DNA from: a virus
Reading direction: 5' to 3' (one strand)
IMG/VR virus record: IMGVR_UViG_3300025949_000016
Length of the DNA: 64,000 bases
Shown: positions 39,187 through 47,140 of the stretch, piece after piece
How positions within the stretch are numbered: position 1 is the stretch's first letter
How the letters are laid out: each line of letters begins with the position of its first letter
Notes under the pieces: generated by a model
Seen by the model: the letters and a program-made list of their open reading frames with translations, nothing else
The model's database searches: none
Told to the model about the DNA's origin: nothing
Made by a program: the position numbers and the translations under genes

Positions 39187-39726
39187 ATGACATTAGTAGA
39201 TTTAAAATCCACCCTACAAAAACTATTAGATGATGACACTATAGATATTAGATTGAATGATATAAGTGTAAGTGACAGTGAGATATTAAATACTAAGCTT
39301 CTAAATGGAAAAAGATTAGTTTATCCTTATCCAACAGATGTATTTTTTCGAATTAACATTAGTGATATAAATCAAGATTTTATATCATTTAATTTAAAAG
39401 AATTTAATACTTGTTGTGGTAAATTAATCTTACATGGCATTCGTTATACGGATGCATACAATGATTATAAAGATAAAATGAAAGGTAAAGAGTTAAGTAA
39501 AGAACTCTTCAAAGAAGCAATTAATCTAATATTTAGTAGTTTAGTGGAAATAATGGAAGGATTGGATTATAGCTCTTTATCTTTTATTGTATCTGAAATG
39601 GAGCAAAAAAAATTATTTGAAATTTTAACTCATTTAGGTTATAAACCTGTTAATAGTTTTAGTAACAAAAGAATGCCTTTGAAAAATAAATGTCATGAAT
39701 ATATAATAAATTTGGAAAATTCATAA
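39187..39726 (+). CDS. GNAT-fold-like protein, paralogue family B
   Basis: FNLKEFNTCCGKL..Q..LGYKPVNSFSNKR. Confidence 0.55.
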   Translation: MTLVDLKSTLQKLLDDDTIDIRLNDISVSDSEILNTKLLNGKRLVYPYPTDVFFRINISDINQDFISFNLKEFNTCCGKLILHGIRYTDAYNDYKDKMKGKELSKELFKEAINLIFSSLVEIMEGLDYSSLSFIVSEMEQKKLFEILTHLGYKPVNSFSNKRMPLKNKCHEYIINLENS

Positions 39727-39742
39727 ATATTCCGTACATTTG
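39711..39742 (+). promoter_or_regulatory. Sigma-A-type promoter (probably leaderless mRNA)
   Basis: TTTG-N20-TACATTTG; ATG 4 nt downstream. Confidence 0.8.
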
Positions 39743-39746
39743 CCTT

Positions 39747-40115
39747 ATGGTAAATGTAAAACGTAAAGGTGGAAATGCGGAGAGAAAGTTTATTTCTGAG
39801 ATAAATGGACTTGATTTAGGATATCTTGTAGGTAGTTCTAGATTGCATAGTAGATATATGGATAATATGGATGTAGATATAGTAGATCATCCATTAGCCA
39901 CGGCTAAATTTCCCTATCATATTCAGTCTAAAAGTATTACAGGATATCCTAAATATCATGATATTTTTTCAGAATTTAAACTTACTGATAAACCACTTAT
40001 TGTATTTCATGAATTAACTGAAAAAAGAGGATCAAGATTCTTTAAACTTTCAGATTATGTAATAATGAAAAAAGAAGATTTCTATGAAATATTAAAAAGA
40101 TTAAAAAATGTCTAG
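39747..40115 (+). CDS. Holliday junction resolvase-like PD-(D/E)xK nuclease
   Basis: KRKG..AER..D..DVDI..IQSK..PLIVFH..YVIM..EDF. Confidence 0.75.
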   Translation: MVNVKRKGGNAERKFISEINGLDLGYLVGSSRLHSRYMDNMDVDIVDHPLATAKFPYHIQSKSITGYPKYHDIFSEFKLTDKPLIVFHELTEKRGSRFFKLSDYVIMKKEDFYEILKRLKNV

Positions 40116-41430
40116 AGAAACTAGAAAGCCTGAGTATATAAAAAGTAATTCTTATATTGAAGATTCAGATAAGATTGAAAGTTATTTTTATAACGTTACA
40201 TATAATCCTACAGTAAATGTAGTTAATGAACCTGTAGATCCAGGTCCACCAGAACCACTTGAATTACCTTTATTACCTGAAAATGAAGAATATAAGCTTA
40301 TATTACAAAACGGAGAGGTTTTTGCTGTAAACGTTGCAGACTATCCTACTTTTAGAATGGATAATTCATTATTAATAAGTAATGCAATAATGTATGATAT
40401 TGGTAATAGTCAGCGATTTAAATTTGATAATACTGGATCTGTATGTGTAGAGCATGTAGATGTTGAAGAGAATGAACATGAACAATATCAATATACTTCT
40501 AACTTCGATTTTTATGGTAAATATAAAGTAATAAATTCTGAGAAAAAAGTAATAAGTAAAAGCTCATTATCATTTAATGATATTGCTTCCATCCTATATA
40601 CTCCAGTTTTATACTTCAATAATATAAAAAAAGAAAGTAATCAAATTAACAAACTTCTTTCTTGCTTTCTTCAAGAAAGTGGTCAATTCGATGAGCGTTT
40701 TATCATCAAGCCAAAATCTCCAGATTCTCCTTTACTTGATAAATACTTAACAACACTTGCAGAATTAATTAATTCTGAAATTGATGAGAAAGAAGAGATT
40801 GAAAATATTGAAGATCTAGAAAAAAAAGCTTATGAAAAAGTAGGCTACAATAAACCAATTGAATCAGTAATAAACGAAGCAAAGGATTTTGAAGAATATT
40901 TTAGATTTTTACTTGTAAAAAAAGACAAACAAGTAATAGATGAAAAGGACTATAATTATGTAAATCAATTAAGTAGTTTAATAAAAAATAGATATAGTTT
41001 TAAATCTGGAAAAGCTAAAGTAAATAAAGAATTTTCTTTTGAAGATGAAAAATATTCTAAGCAATTTTCATTTTCTGAAGTAGTAGATCGTATTGAAGAA
41101 TCTGACAGTAATCTTATGATAACTCTATTTTTATATGTTCCAAATATTCTTAGGTTAACTAATTATTTGGAGGATAATAAAACAGATATTAAAATAGGTA
41201 TGATTTATGAAATTTTAAATAATAATTATAATAAGAAATCTAAGACTATAAAATGTACATTATTTGTTTGCGATTCTAATTATAATTGTAAGTTTATTGA
41301 TATAAAATCAACTACTTTATTAAAGTATAAAAATAGATTTATTGAAGTAATAAGTAATTTCGATAAATCACATAATGATAGTAGATTAGCTAATATACCC
41401 AGAGAATTAAGAGCATTAAATAGTATATAA
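40108..41430 (+). CDS. Hypothetical protein; C-terminal two-thirds resemble a degenerate PD-(D/E)xK exonuclease
   Basis: LSF..I..L..P..Y, A..KVGY, VVDRIE; catalytic D/ExK not evident. Confidence 0.4.
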   Translation: MSRETRKPEYIKSNSYIEDSDKIESYFYNVTYNPTVNVVNEPVDPGPPEPLELPLLPENEEYKLILQNGEVFAVNVADYPTFRMDNSLLISNAIMYDIGNSQRFKFDNTGSVCVEHVDVEENEHEQYQYTSNFDFYGKYKVINSEKKVISKSSLSFNDIASILYTPVLYFNNIKKESNQINKLLSCFLQESGQFDERFIIKPKSPDSPLLDKYLTTLAELINSEIDEKEEIENIEDLEKKAYEKVGYNKPIESVINEAKDFEEYFRFLLVKKDKQVIDEKDYNYVNQLSSLIKNRYSFKSGKAKVNKEFSFEDEKYSKQFSFSEVVDRIEESDSNLMITLFLYVPNILRLTNYLEDNKTDIKIGMIYEILNNNYNKKSKTIKCTLFVCDSNYNCKFIDIKSTTLLKYKNRFIEVISNFDKSHNDSRLANIPRELRALNSI

Positions 41431-41453
41431 ATAAAATCCTATATTAATAGAGA

Positions 41454-42122
41454 ATGAGTTCAGGAAAATCTTATCTTTTACAAGAGACATACGTTCAAAA
41501 ATCGAGGATATTTCTATTTCCTCTAGTTGGAATACCTAATAGCAAGCATTTTAGACCCACTAACACATACATAGCAAGTGAAAATTTGATATGTGATGCT
41601 TATCCAGAAGGATTATCTTATGATGATAAAACTTTAATTGTATTATATTCTAAGTCATACAAGAAAAAGGATGATGATTTATATGAGAAAATTAAAGATA
41701 ATCTAATTAAGAAAATGTCTAGTGACGATGATATACCGAGTGGCTGGGATACATTTGAAACCAAAGTCTTATTATCTAATAGAAACTTTATAGCTTTTCA
41801 CGAAAGTGATGAAGAATATATTTATACTTTTGATTTATCCGATTATGAAGATGATTGGAATAATTTTCTAAAAGGTAAATATTCTTTATTTAAAGAAAAT
41901 ACTAAAGATAAGATACTAAGGTTTAGAAAAGATGTATTATCAGACCAAGCAAAACATAGGTTATATTGTTATTTGTATCCAACAACGAAAGAATGTATAA
42001 TGGCTTTTGCAAAAGAATTGGAGATGGATGTAAAAGATTTAATGGAGGTTAAAGAGTTATGTAGTAAACCCGATCTTTTACAAGAAACTTATAAACATTT
42101 ATTGTATGAAGTTAAAGATTAA
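41454..42122 (+). CDS. Conserved hypothetical phage protein
   Basis: QKSRIFLFP..YTFDL..DW..FLKGKYS..ELCSKPD..ET. Confidence 0.65.
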   Translation: MSSGKSYLLQETYVQKSRIFLFPLVGIPNSKHFRPTNTYIASENLICDAYPEGLSYDDKTLIVLYSKSYKKKDDDLYEKIKDNLIKKMSSDDDIPSGWDTFETKVLLSNRNFIAFHESDEEYIYTFDLSDYEDDWNNFLKGKYSLFKENTKDKILRFRKDVLSDQAKHRLYCYLYPTTKECIMAFAKELEMDVKDLMEVKELCSKPDLLQETYKHLLYEVKD

Positions 42123-42534
42123 AAAACTATCTGAGAATGCTGTAATTCCTACAAAAGCACATTCAACTGATGCAGGATATGATCTAACAGCAATAGGAGT
42201 GGAGATTGTAGACCAAGGAAAGTTTGGTTATATAGAGTATAGTTTTGGTTTGGCTTTTGAAATTCAAGAAGGGTATGCTGGATTTATATTTCCAAGATCC
42301 TCTATATCGAAGACAGGATTACTTCTTGCCAATGCAGTTGGAGTAATTGACTCTTCATATCGAGGACCTGTTACAGCAAGGTTTAAGCATATACCTGGAA
42401 CCAAACGTTATGAAATAGGAGATAGAGTAGCTCAGTTAGTTATTTTAAAATTAGAAGATGTAGAAATAGAAATAACCGACACTTTGTCAGATTCTGACCG
42501 TGGAACTGGTGGTTATGGTTCTAGTGGTTCATAA
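42106..42534 (+). CDS. dut: dUTPase (trimeric)
   Basis: AGYDL, PRSS, GVIDSSYRG, RVAQL, RGTGGYGSSG. Confidence 0.95.
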   Translation: MKLKIKKLSENAVIPTKAHSTDAGYDLTAIGVEIVDQGKFGYIEYSFGLAFEIQEGYAGFIFPRSSISKTGLLLANAVGVIDSSYRGPVTARFKHIPGTKRYEIGDRVAQLVILKLEDVEIEITDTLSDSDRGTGGYGSSGS

Positions 42535-42560
42535 AGTCCCGTTTTTAATCCAAAAATAAA

Positions 42561-42592
42561 TTTGGTGATTTCAAGAATTTGTTTTACCTTTG
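42561..42592 (+). promoter_or_regulatory. Sigma-A-type promoter
   Basis: TTTG-N20-TACCTTTG. Confidence 0.8.
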
Positions 42593-42613
42593 TATAAATA
42601 AATTAATTTAATT

Positions 42614-42985
42614 ATGACAAAACCATTGGTTTACGTTAAAACACAAGTAAAGGTAGACACAAATCCTGAACCTATCGATTCTTGGGAGCTCCTAGCTTTT
42701 GGAGGTTGTCCCATTATGCATGCGGCCTATAATCCTGTAACACAAGGACTTGTATGTCAGTTTAGTTCTGTAAAAGAAAATTACATTGACGTTCCTAAGG
42801 CTAATGCTAAAGGACAGGTAAAATTTCAAACACAGAAGGCTGAACAGTATTATCGAGTAGTAGTTACAGATAAGGATGCAATTGAACATATTCTGAGTAC
42901 CTATGTAAGTAATTATGCAGGACAAAATTGGAATGTAGTCTATGAAAAACCTGAAGTTGAAGAATTAGTAAAAGCAGAAGTGTAA
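42614..42985 (+). CDS. Hypothetical protein in its own transcription unit
   Basis: 123 aa between a promoter and a terminator. Confidence 0.7.
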   Translation: MTKPLVYVKTQVKVDTNPEPIDSWELLAFGGCPIMHAAYNPVTQGLVCQFSSVKENYIDVPKANAKGQVKFQTQKAEQYYRVVVTDKDAIEHILSTYVSNYAGQNWNVVYEKPEVEELVKAEV

Positions 42986-42988
42986 AGT

Positions 42989-43015
42989 AAAGCCCTCAGA
43001 AATGGGGGCTTTTTT
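42989..43015 (+). terminator. Intrinsic terminator
   Basis: AAAGCCCTCA-gaaa-TGGGGGCTTT then T-run. Confidence 0.85.
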
Positions 43016-43026
43016 AATTTTAATAT

Positions 43027-43623
43027 ATGATAGATAATTTTGATCAGATTACAAATCTAATAAGAAATAAAAGTAAAGATCCAAAAGAATTTTGGTTCTT
43101 ACAAATAATAAAGAGACGTAAAGATAATCCTGGCCTTTCTAGAGATATGAAATTGATTGATAATTATTTTATCAAAGGAGCTTTACATTTACTTGAGAAA
43201 AAAGAAGATATTATTGAAAAATGTAAATTAAATAACGCTCGGGCTTACTTTAGACTGAATTTAAGAAATTGGAATAAAATATCCTTACAATTAATAAGAA
43301 CTATTGCAGAAAATATTGTTACAGGTAATTCTGAAAGTAATAAAAATGCTATATTAAGTGTTTGTGGAAAATATCATTCTGATCTAGAAAAGAAATGGAT
43401 AATTGATTTAGATGGAGAGCAAACACACTCAGTCCATCCAATCATAAGCTTTACAGATGAATTAAAACCTATTGGTAATAAATTAATTGATATTATCCCT
43501 ACAGTAAATGGAAAGCATTTAATAATGAAACCGTTTGATTTAGAAGCATTTAAAAACAATTATCCTAATATTTCAATACACAAAGATAACCCAACACTTT
43601 TATACTATAACAATGAAACGTAA
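43027..43623 (+). CDS. Conserved phage protein with AEP-like motifs
   Basis: RRKDNP, ARAY, WIIDLD (hhhDhD), PTVNGKH. Confidence 0.5.
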   Translation: MIDNFDQITNLIRNKSKDPKEFWFLQIIKRRKDNPGLSRDMKLIDNYFIKGALHLLEKKEDIIEKCKLNNARAYFRLNLRNWNKISLQLIRTIAENIVTGNSESNKNAILSVCGKYHSDLEKKWIIDLDGEQTHSVHPIISFTDELKPIGNKLIDIIPTVNGKHLIMKPFDLEAFKNNYPNISIHKDNPTLLYYNNET

Positions 43624-43960
43624 AGATATAATAAAGATAAAGGAGATAACTAATATAAATGAAGCTTTTAATTTATGTGACTACATAGCTAAACGAAATA
43701 AAAGAAAATTTAACTTTTCTAAGTTAGCAGAAGAGTTAAATGAACTTTCAGATGTTTGTTTGAAGTTTATAAATAAAAAAGGAGAATTTAGACCAAATAA
43801 AGAAAAATTCATCGAAGAATTAGGTGATGTTATTACTAGAATTGAAATGCTAATCGAGGCCGAAAATATAATAAAAAAAGATGTAGATCAAAGAATTATA
43901 TTCAAAGCTAATAAATACTTACAATATATTAAAGAAGGTAAATATGATAAAGGAATATGA
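43613..43960 (+). CDS. MazG-like NTP pyrophosphohydrolase
   Basis: KLAEELNEL..IEELGDV. Confidence 0.75.
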   Translation: MKRKDIIKIKEITNINEAFNLCDYIAKRNKRKFNFSKLAEELNELSDVCLKFINKKGEFRPNKEKFIEELGDVITRIEMLIEAENIIKKDVDQRIIFKANKYLQYIKEGKYDKGI

Positions 43961-44217
43961 TGAATTTTCACGAAGACTATATAGAAGAGTGGATGCCTCA
44001 TCCGCCTGAAAAAATCATACATAAAAATCTTTACTATCTAGATAAAATAAAAGAGATTGAATTACAAATTAAATGGTTAACTTGCCAAAAATTTCATCAT
44101 GATCCTGATATTGATGATCAACTAAGAGCGGATAAAGAAGCTGAGTTAGAAGATAGTTTAAGCTGGCATAAAGCCAAATTAAAGCAAATAAATAATAGAA
44201 ATAAAAAATTTTGTTAA
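43957..44217 (+). CDS. Hypothetical coiled-coil protein
   Basis: 86-aa ORF. Confidence 0.5.
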   Translation: MMNFHEDYIEEWMPHPPEKIIHKNLYYLDKIKEIELQIKWLTCQKFHHDPDIDDQLRADKEAELEDSLSWHKAKLKQINNRNKKFC

Positions 44218-44240
44218 TTCAATTATTTATCATATCTTTG
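44210..44240 (+). promoter_or_regulatory. Sigma-A-type promoter for the DNA polymerase gene
   Basis: TTTG-N19-TATCTTTG. Confidence 0.75.
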
Positions 44241-44255
44241 TAGAAATACAAAAAT

Positions 44256-46211
44256 ATGATAGTTGTCTATGATCTAGAAACTTTAAAAGATTTTTTTCTT
44301 TATATTGATGTATCCTTAAGCGAGGATAAATTTAATGTTTTTGAAATCTCAAAGATTAAAAATGATATAATTCCTTTATTAAATCATATAAGATCAACTA
44401 AATTAGCTGGACAAATAGGATTTAATAACCTAAATTTTGATGCCCAAGTTCAACAATATATAATTAATAAAGGAAACTATTGGTTTAATCTTACAGGGGA
44501 AGAAATAGCAAATGAGATTCATAGTTATGTCCAATACATAATTGACAAATCTAATAGAAATGAATGGTTAGATTATTCAGAGAAAGATTTTTCTATAAGA
44601 CAGGTTGATCTATATAAGATATGGCATTTTGACAATAAAGCTAAAATGACATCTCTTAAGTGGTTGCAATATATGACAGATTGGCATAACATTGAAGATA
44701 TGCCAATTGATCATCTTATCTCTATTGATAGAAGAGAAATTGCTGATCAAATAATCAGTTATTGTAAAAATGACTGTTTATCTACTAAGCATTTCTATAA
44801 TATTACTAGAGGTAAAACCGAACATCCACTTTATAAAGATATAGATAAACTACAACTTCGTAAAGATATAAAGGAAGAGTTTGGATTTACTTGTACTAAT
44901 TTTAACGACGTAAAAATTGGCGATGAAATTAATAAGGTAAATTACTTAAAAGCCACTGGTATAAGTAAGTATGATCTTAAAGAGAAGAAAGCGGTTATAA
45001 CACCATTTACTTTTGAAGATTGTTTTCCTACTTGTACTAAGTTTTTAAGTAGGGAATTAAATGATTTTATAAATTCTATACGAAAAGTAAAAGTAAGTCT
45101 TGAGAATAAACAAGAATTTCATTTTAAATTTGGATCAACTAAATATGTTCTAGCTAAAGGTGGTTTACATAGTGAAGACAAACCGCGCCTAATTATACCT
45201 AAAAATTATGAGATATTAAGAGATGCGGATATTGGATCTATGTATCCTAATACTATTAGAAAGCGTAAGATTTACCCAAGAGGACTAGGAGAAAAATGGT
45301 TAGAAGGATATACTGGTGTAATAGAAAAAAGGCTAGAAGCCAAGAAAAAGTTTAAAGAAACCAAGGATAAGAAATACCAGTCCATACAAGAAGCCTTTAA
45401 ATTGGCTTTAAACGGAGGGTCATTTGGTAAATTACAAGATAAATCTAATTGGCAATACGATCCATTTGCTTGTTTTCAAGTAACAATTGGAGGTCAAATA
45501 GATTTATTAATGTTAATTGAGAGATTAGAACTTTCAGGTATTAGAGTCATGAGCGCTAATACCGATGGTATAGTTTCTCTATTTGATAAAAATCAAGAAG
45601 AAACCTATAATAAAGTCTGTAAAGAATGGGAAATATTAGTAGGTAATAATGATTTGGGACAATTAGAATACGCGGATTATAAATTATTAGCACAAAGGTC
45701 AGTTAATCATTATATTGCTATTAAAATGAATGGTGAAGTAAAACATAAAGGAGAATTTAGTATACACCATGAAATGCATCGTAATAAGAGCTATAGAGTA
45801 ATACCACTAGCTTTGGATGCCTTTTATTCTAAAGGGTTAAACCCACGTACCTTTATTACCAATCATATCAATATATTTGACTTCTGTGCTGGCATGAGAA
45901 CAAAAGGTGAGTGGAGACTAGAAGCAGTAAGTCTCGATAGAGACAGAATGAAACGAGAAAGGCTTCAAAAAACCAACCGTTATTTTATTTCTAATAAAGG
46001 CGTGAAATTAGTTAAATGTCATCCAGATGGTAGAGAAATTCAAGAAGATGCTGGAAGGTGGATGGCTACAATATATAATAAACATGTTGAAAAAGACATT
46101 AAAGAATATGACATAAATTACGATTTTTATATAAGAAAAACCTATGAAATCATTGGTGAAATCCAACCAGAAATAACCGATGATGGATCAGAACAGCTTT
46201 CATTGTTTTAA
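44256..46211 (+). CDS. Family B DNA polymerase with 3'-5' exonuclease
   Basis: YDLET, GFNNLNFD, YCKND; DIGSMYP, KLALNGGSFG, NTDG; C-terminal QLSLF clamp-binding-like motif. Confidence 0.92.
   Translation: MIVVYDLETLKDFFLYIDVSLSEDKFNVFEISKIKNDIIPLLNHIRSTKLAGQIGFNNLNFDAQVQQYIINKGNYWFNLTGEEIANEIHSYVQYIIDKSNRNEWLDYSEKDFSIRQVDLYKIWHFDNKAKMTSLKWLQYMTDWHNIEDMPIDHLISIDRREIADQIISYCKNDCLSTKHFYNITRGKTEHPLYKDIDKLQLRKDIKEEFGFTCTNFNDVKIGDEINKVNYLKATGISKYDLKEKKAVITPFTFEDCFPTCTKFLSRELNDFINSIRKVKVSLENKQEFHFKFGSTKYVLAKGGLHSEDKPRLIIPKNYEILRDADIGSMYPNTIRKRKIYPRGLGEKWLEGYTGVIEKRLEAKKKFKETKDKKYQSIQEAFKLALNGGSFGKLQDKSNWQYDPFACFQVTIGGQIDLLMLIERLELSGIRVMSANTDGIVSLFDKNQEETYNKVCKEWEILVGNNDLGQLEYADYKLLAQRSVNHYIAIKMNGEVKHKGEFSIHHEMHRNKSYRVIPLALDAFYSKGLNPRTFITNHINIFDFCAGMRTKGEWRLEAVSLDRDRMKRERLQKTNRYFISNKGVKLVKCHPDGREIQEDAGRWMATIYNKHVEKDIKEYDINYDFYIRKTYEIIGEIQPEITDDGSEQLSLF
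45826..45854. repeat. 29-bp exact direct repeat, copy 1
   Basis: ATTCTAAAGGGTTAAACCCACGTACCTTT, identical to 47012-47040. Confidence 0.95.
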
Positions 46212-46217
46212 AGTGTG

Positions 46218-46334
46218 AAAGAGTGGTGTATGTCGATCTTATCGCTTATAGAGCTTGATGAAGCAAGTCATCATGTCAAAGTACCCTTTAGCTGGTAAAC
46301 TGCTGAGTTATAAGAAACGCCCCTGCCACTTTTT
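46218..46334 (+). ncRNA. Candidate structured small RNA (~117 nt)
   Basis: GC-richer intergenic; closing stem AAAGAGTGGTG/TGCCACTTTTT, inner stem CTTATAG/TTATAAG, hairpins TGATGA/TCATCA and TACC/GGTA. Confidence 0.5.
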
Positions 46335-46345
46335 AAATTTAATAA

Positions 46346-46627
46346 ATGGAAAAAATAACTTTCGAAGATTTTTATAATAGATATTCTGTCAAAAGAAATC
46401 CAATAAATAGTACTTCTAATTATGAGAATACAATGCTAGATATGGATGATGATGAAGAATTAGAAGAAGTAGAAAATTCCAAACCTACAAAGGTTTGGAC
46501 GTTAACAGAAGATAAGTCGGAACGTTTTATATTGAAGCCTGGGCTTATTTATAATACTGATGTAATAGGTTATTTTATATGCAATAATGAATGGAAAGAT
46601 AAAAAAGAAAACTTTATATTAATATGA
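46346..46627 (+). CDS. Hypothetical phage protein
   Basis: F..F..Y....N..VWT..PG...IGYFIC..W. Confidence 0.7.
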   Translation: MEKITFEDFYNRYSVKRNPINSTSNYENTMLDMDDDEELEEVENSKPTKVWTLTEDKSERFILKPGLIYNTDVIGYFICNNEWKDKKENFILI

Positions 46628-47103
46628 AATGGGTGATTACTTTCAATCATGATTCAGGAGATTATCATTATTATACTACAGATAATGTAGATGGTTTTAA
46701 ACAAGCTTGGCCATTAAGAGAAGTTGTATTTGAAACCTCACATATAGATGACCTCTCTGCTGAGTGGAAACTATATAATAAAATGAATACAGATATATAT
46801 AATAAAAAATATAAGAAAAATAAAAGAAGCGTTCCGGGAACAACACTACCTTCAGGAATATTTAAAAAGAAAGAACCATCAGATGATATTTATTCAAATA
46901 ATCCTTGTAATATAGAAGATGATTATAATGAAGAATATGAAGAATTTATGGATGGAATTAGAAGAATGAAATCTTTAGATAAAGCTGAAGAGAAGATTAT
47001 TAAATCATCTAATTCTAAAGGGTTAAACCCACGTACCTTTTCTAAGAATTATGAAGATCATTTAGCGTGGGTTAATGAGCATGAATATATAGAAAAAAGA
47101 TAG
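46624..47103 (+). CDS. Hypothetical protein
   Basis: 159 aa; contains repeat copy 2. Confidence 0.55.
   Translation: MKWVITFNHDSGDYHYYTTDNVDGFKQAWPLREVVFETSHIDDLSAEWKLYNKMNTDIYNKKYKKNKRSVPGTTLPSGIFKKKEPSDDIYSNNPCNIEDDYNEEYEEFMDGIRRMKSLDKAEEKIIKSSNSKGLNPRTFSKNYEDHLAWVNEHEYIEKR
47012..47040. repeat. 29-bp exact direct repeat, copy 2
   Basis: Identical to 45826-45854. Confidence 0.95.
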
Positions 47104-47114
47104 AATTTTAAAAG

Positions 47115-47140
47115 AAAAGAGAGGTAATACCTCTCTTTTT
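47115..47140. terminator. Bidirectional terminator at the convergent strand switch
   Basis: AAAAGAGAGGT-aat-ACCTCTCTTTT with A-run and T-run flanks. Confidence 0.85.

Noticed and set aside
28170-41450. AAAATCC(A)TATATTAA-like motif at ~28170 and ~41433 as a phage-specific promoter
   Set aside because: Only two imperfect, very AT-rich copies; not distinguishable from chance without motif statistics
18711-43559. Short minus-strand ORFs (18711, 27223, 31449, 32505, 33651, 36543, 42692, 43374)
   Set aside because: Antisense to well-supported plus-strand genes; 31449-31691 is the shadow of ATP-grasp exon 2
46250-46320. Hammerhead ribozyme or SAM-I riboswitch suggested by TTGATGA..GAAAC and CTTAT..ATAAG
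   Set aside because: The core is UUGAUGA, not CUGAUGA, and the required stem geometry and SAM-I conserved elements could not be built
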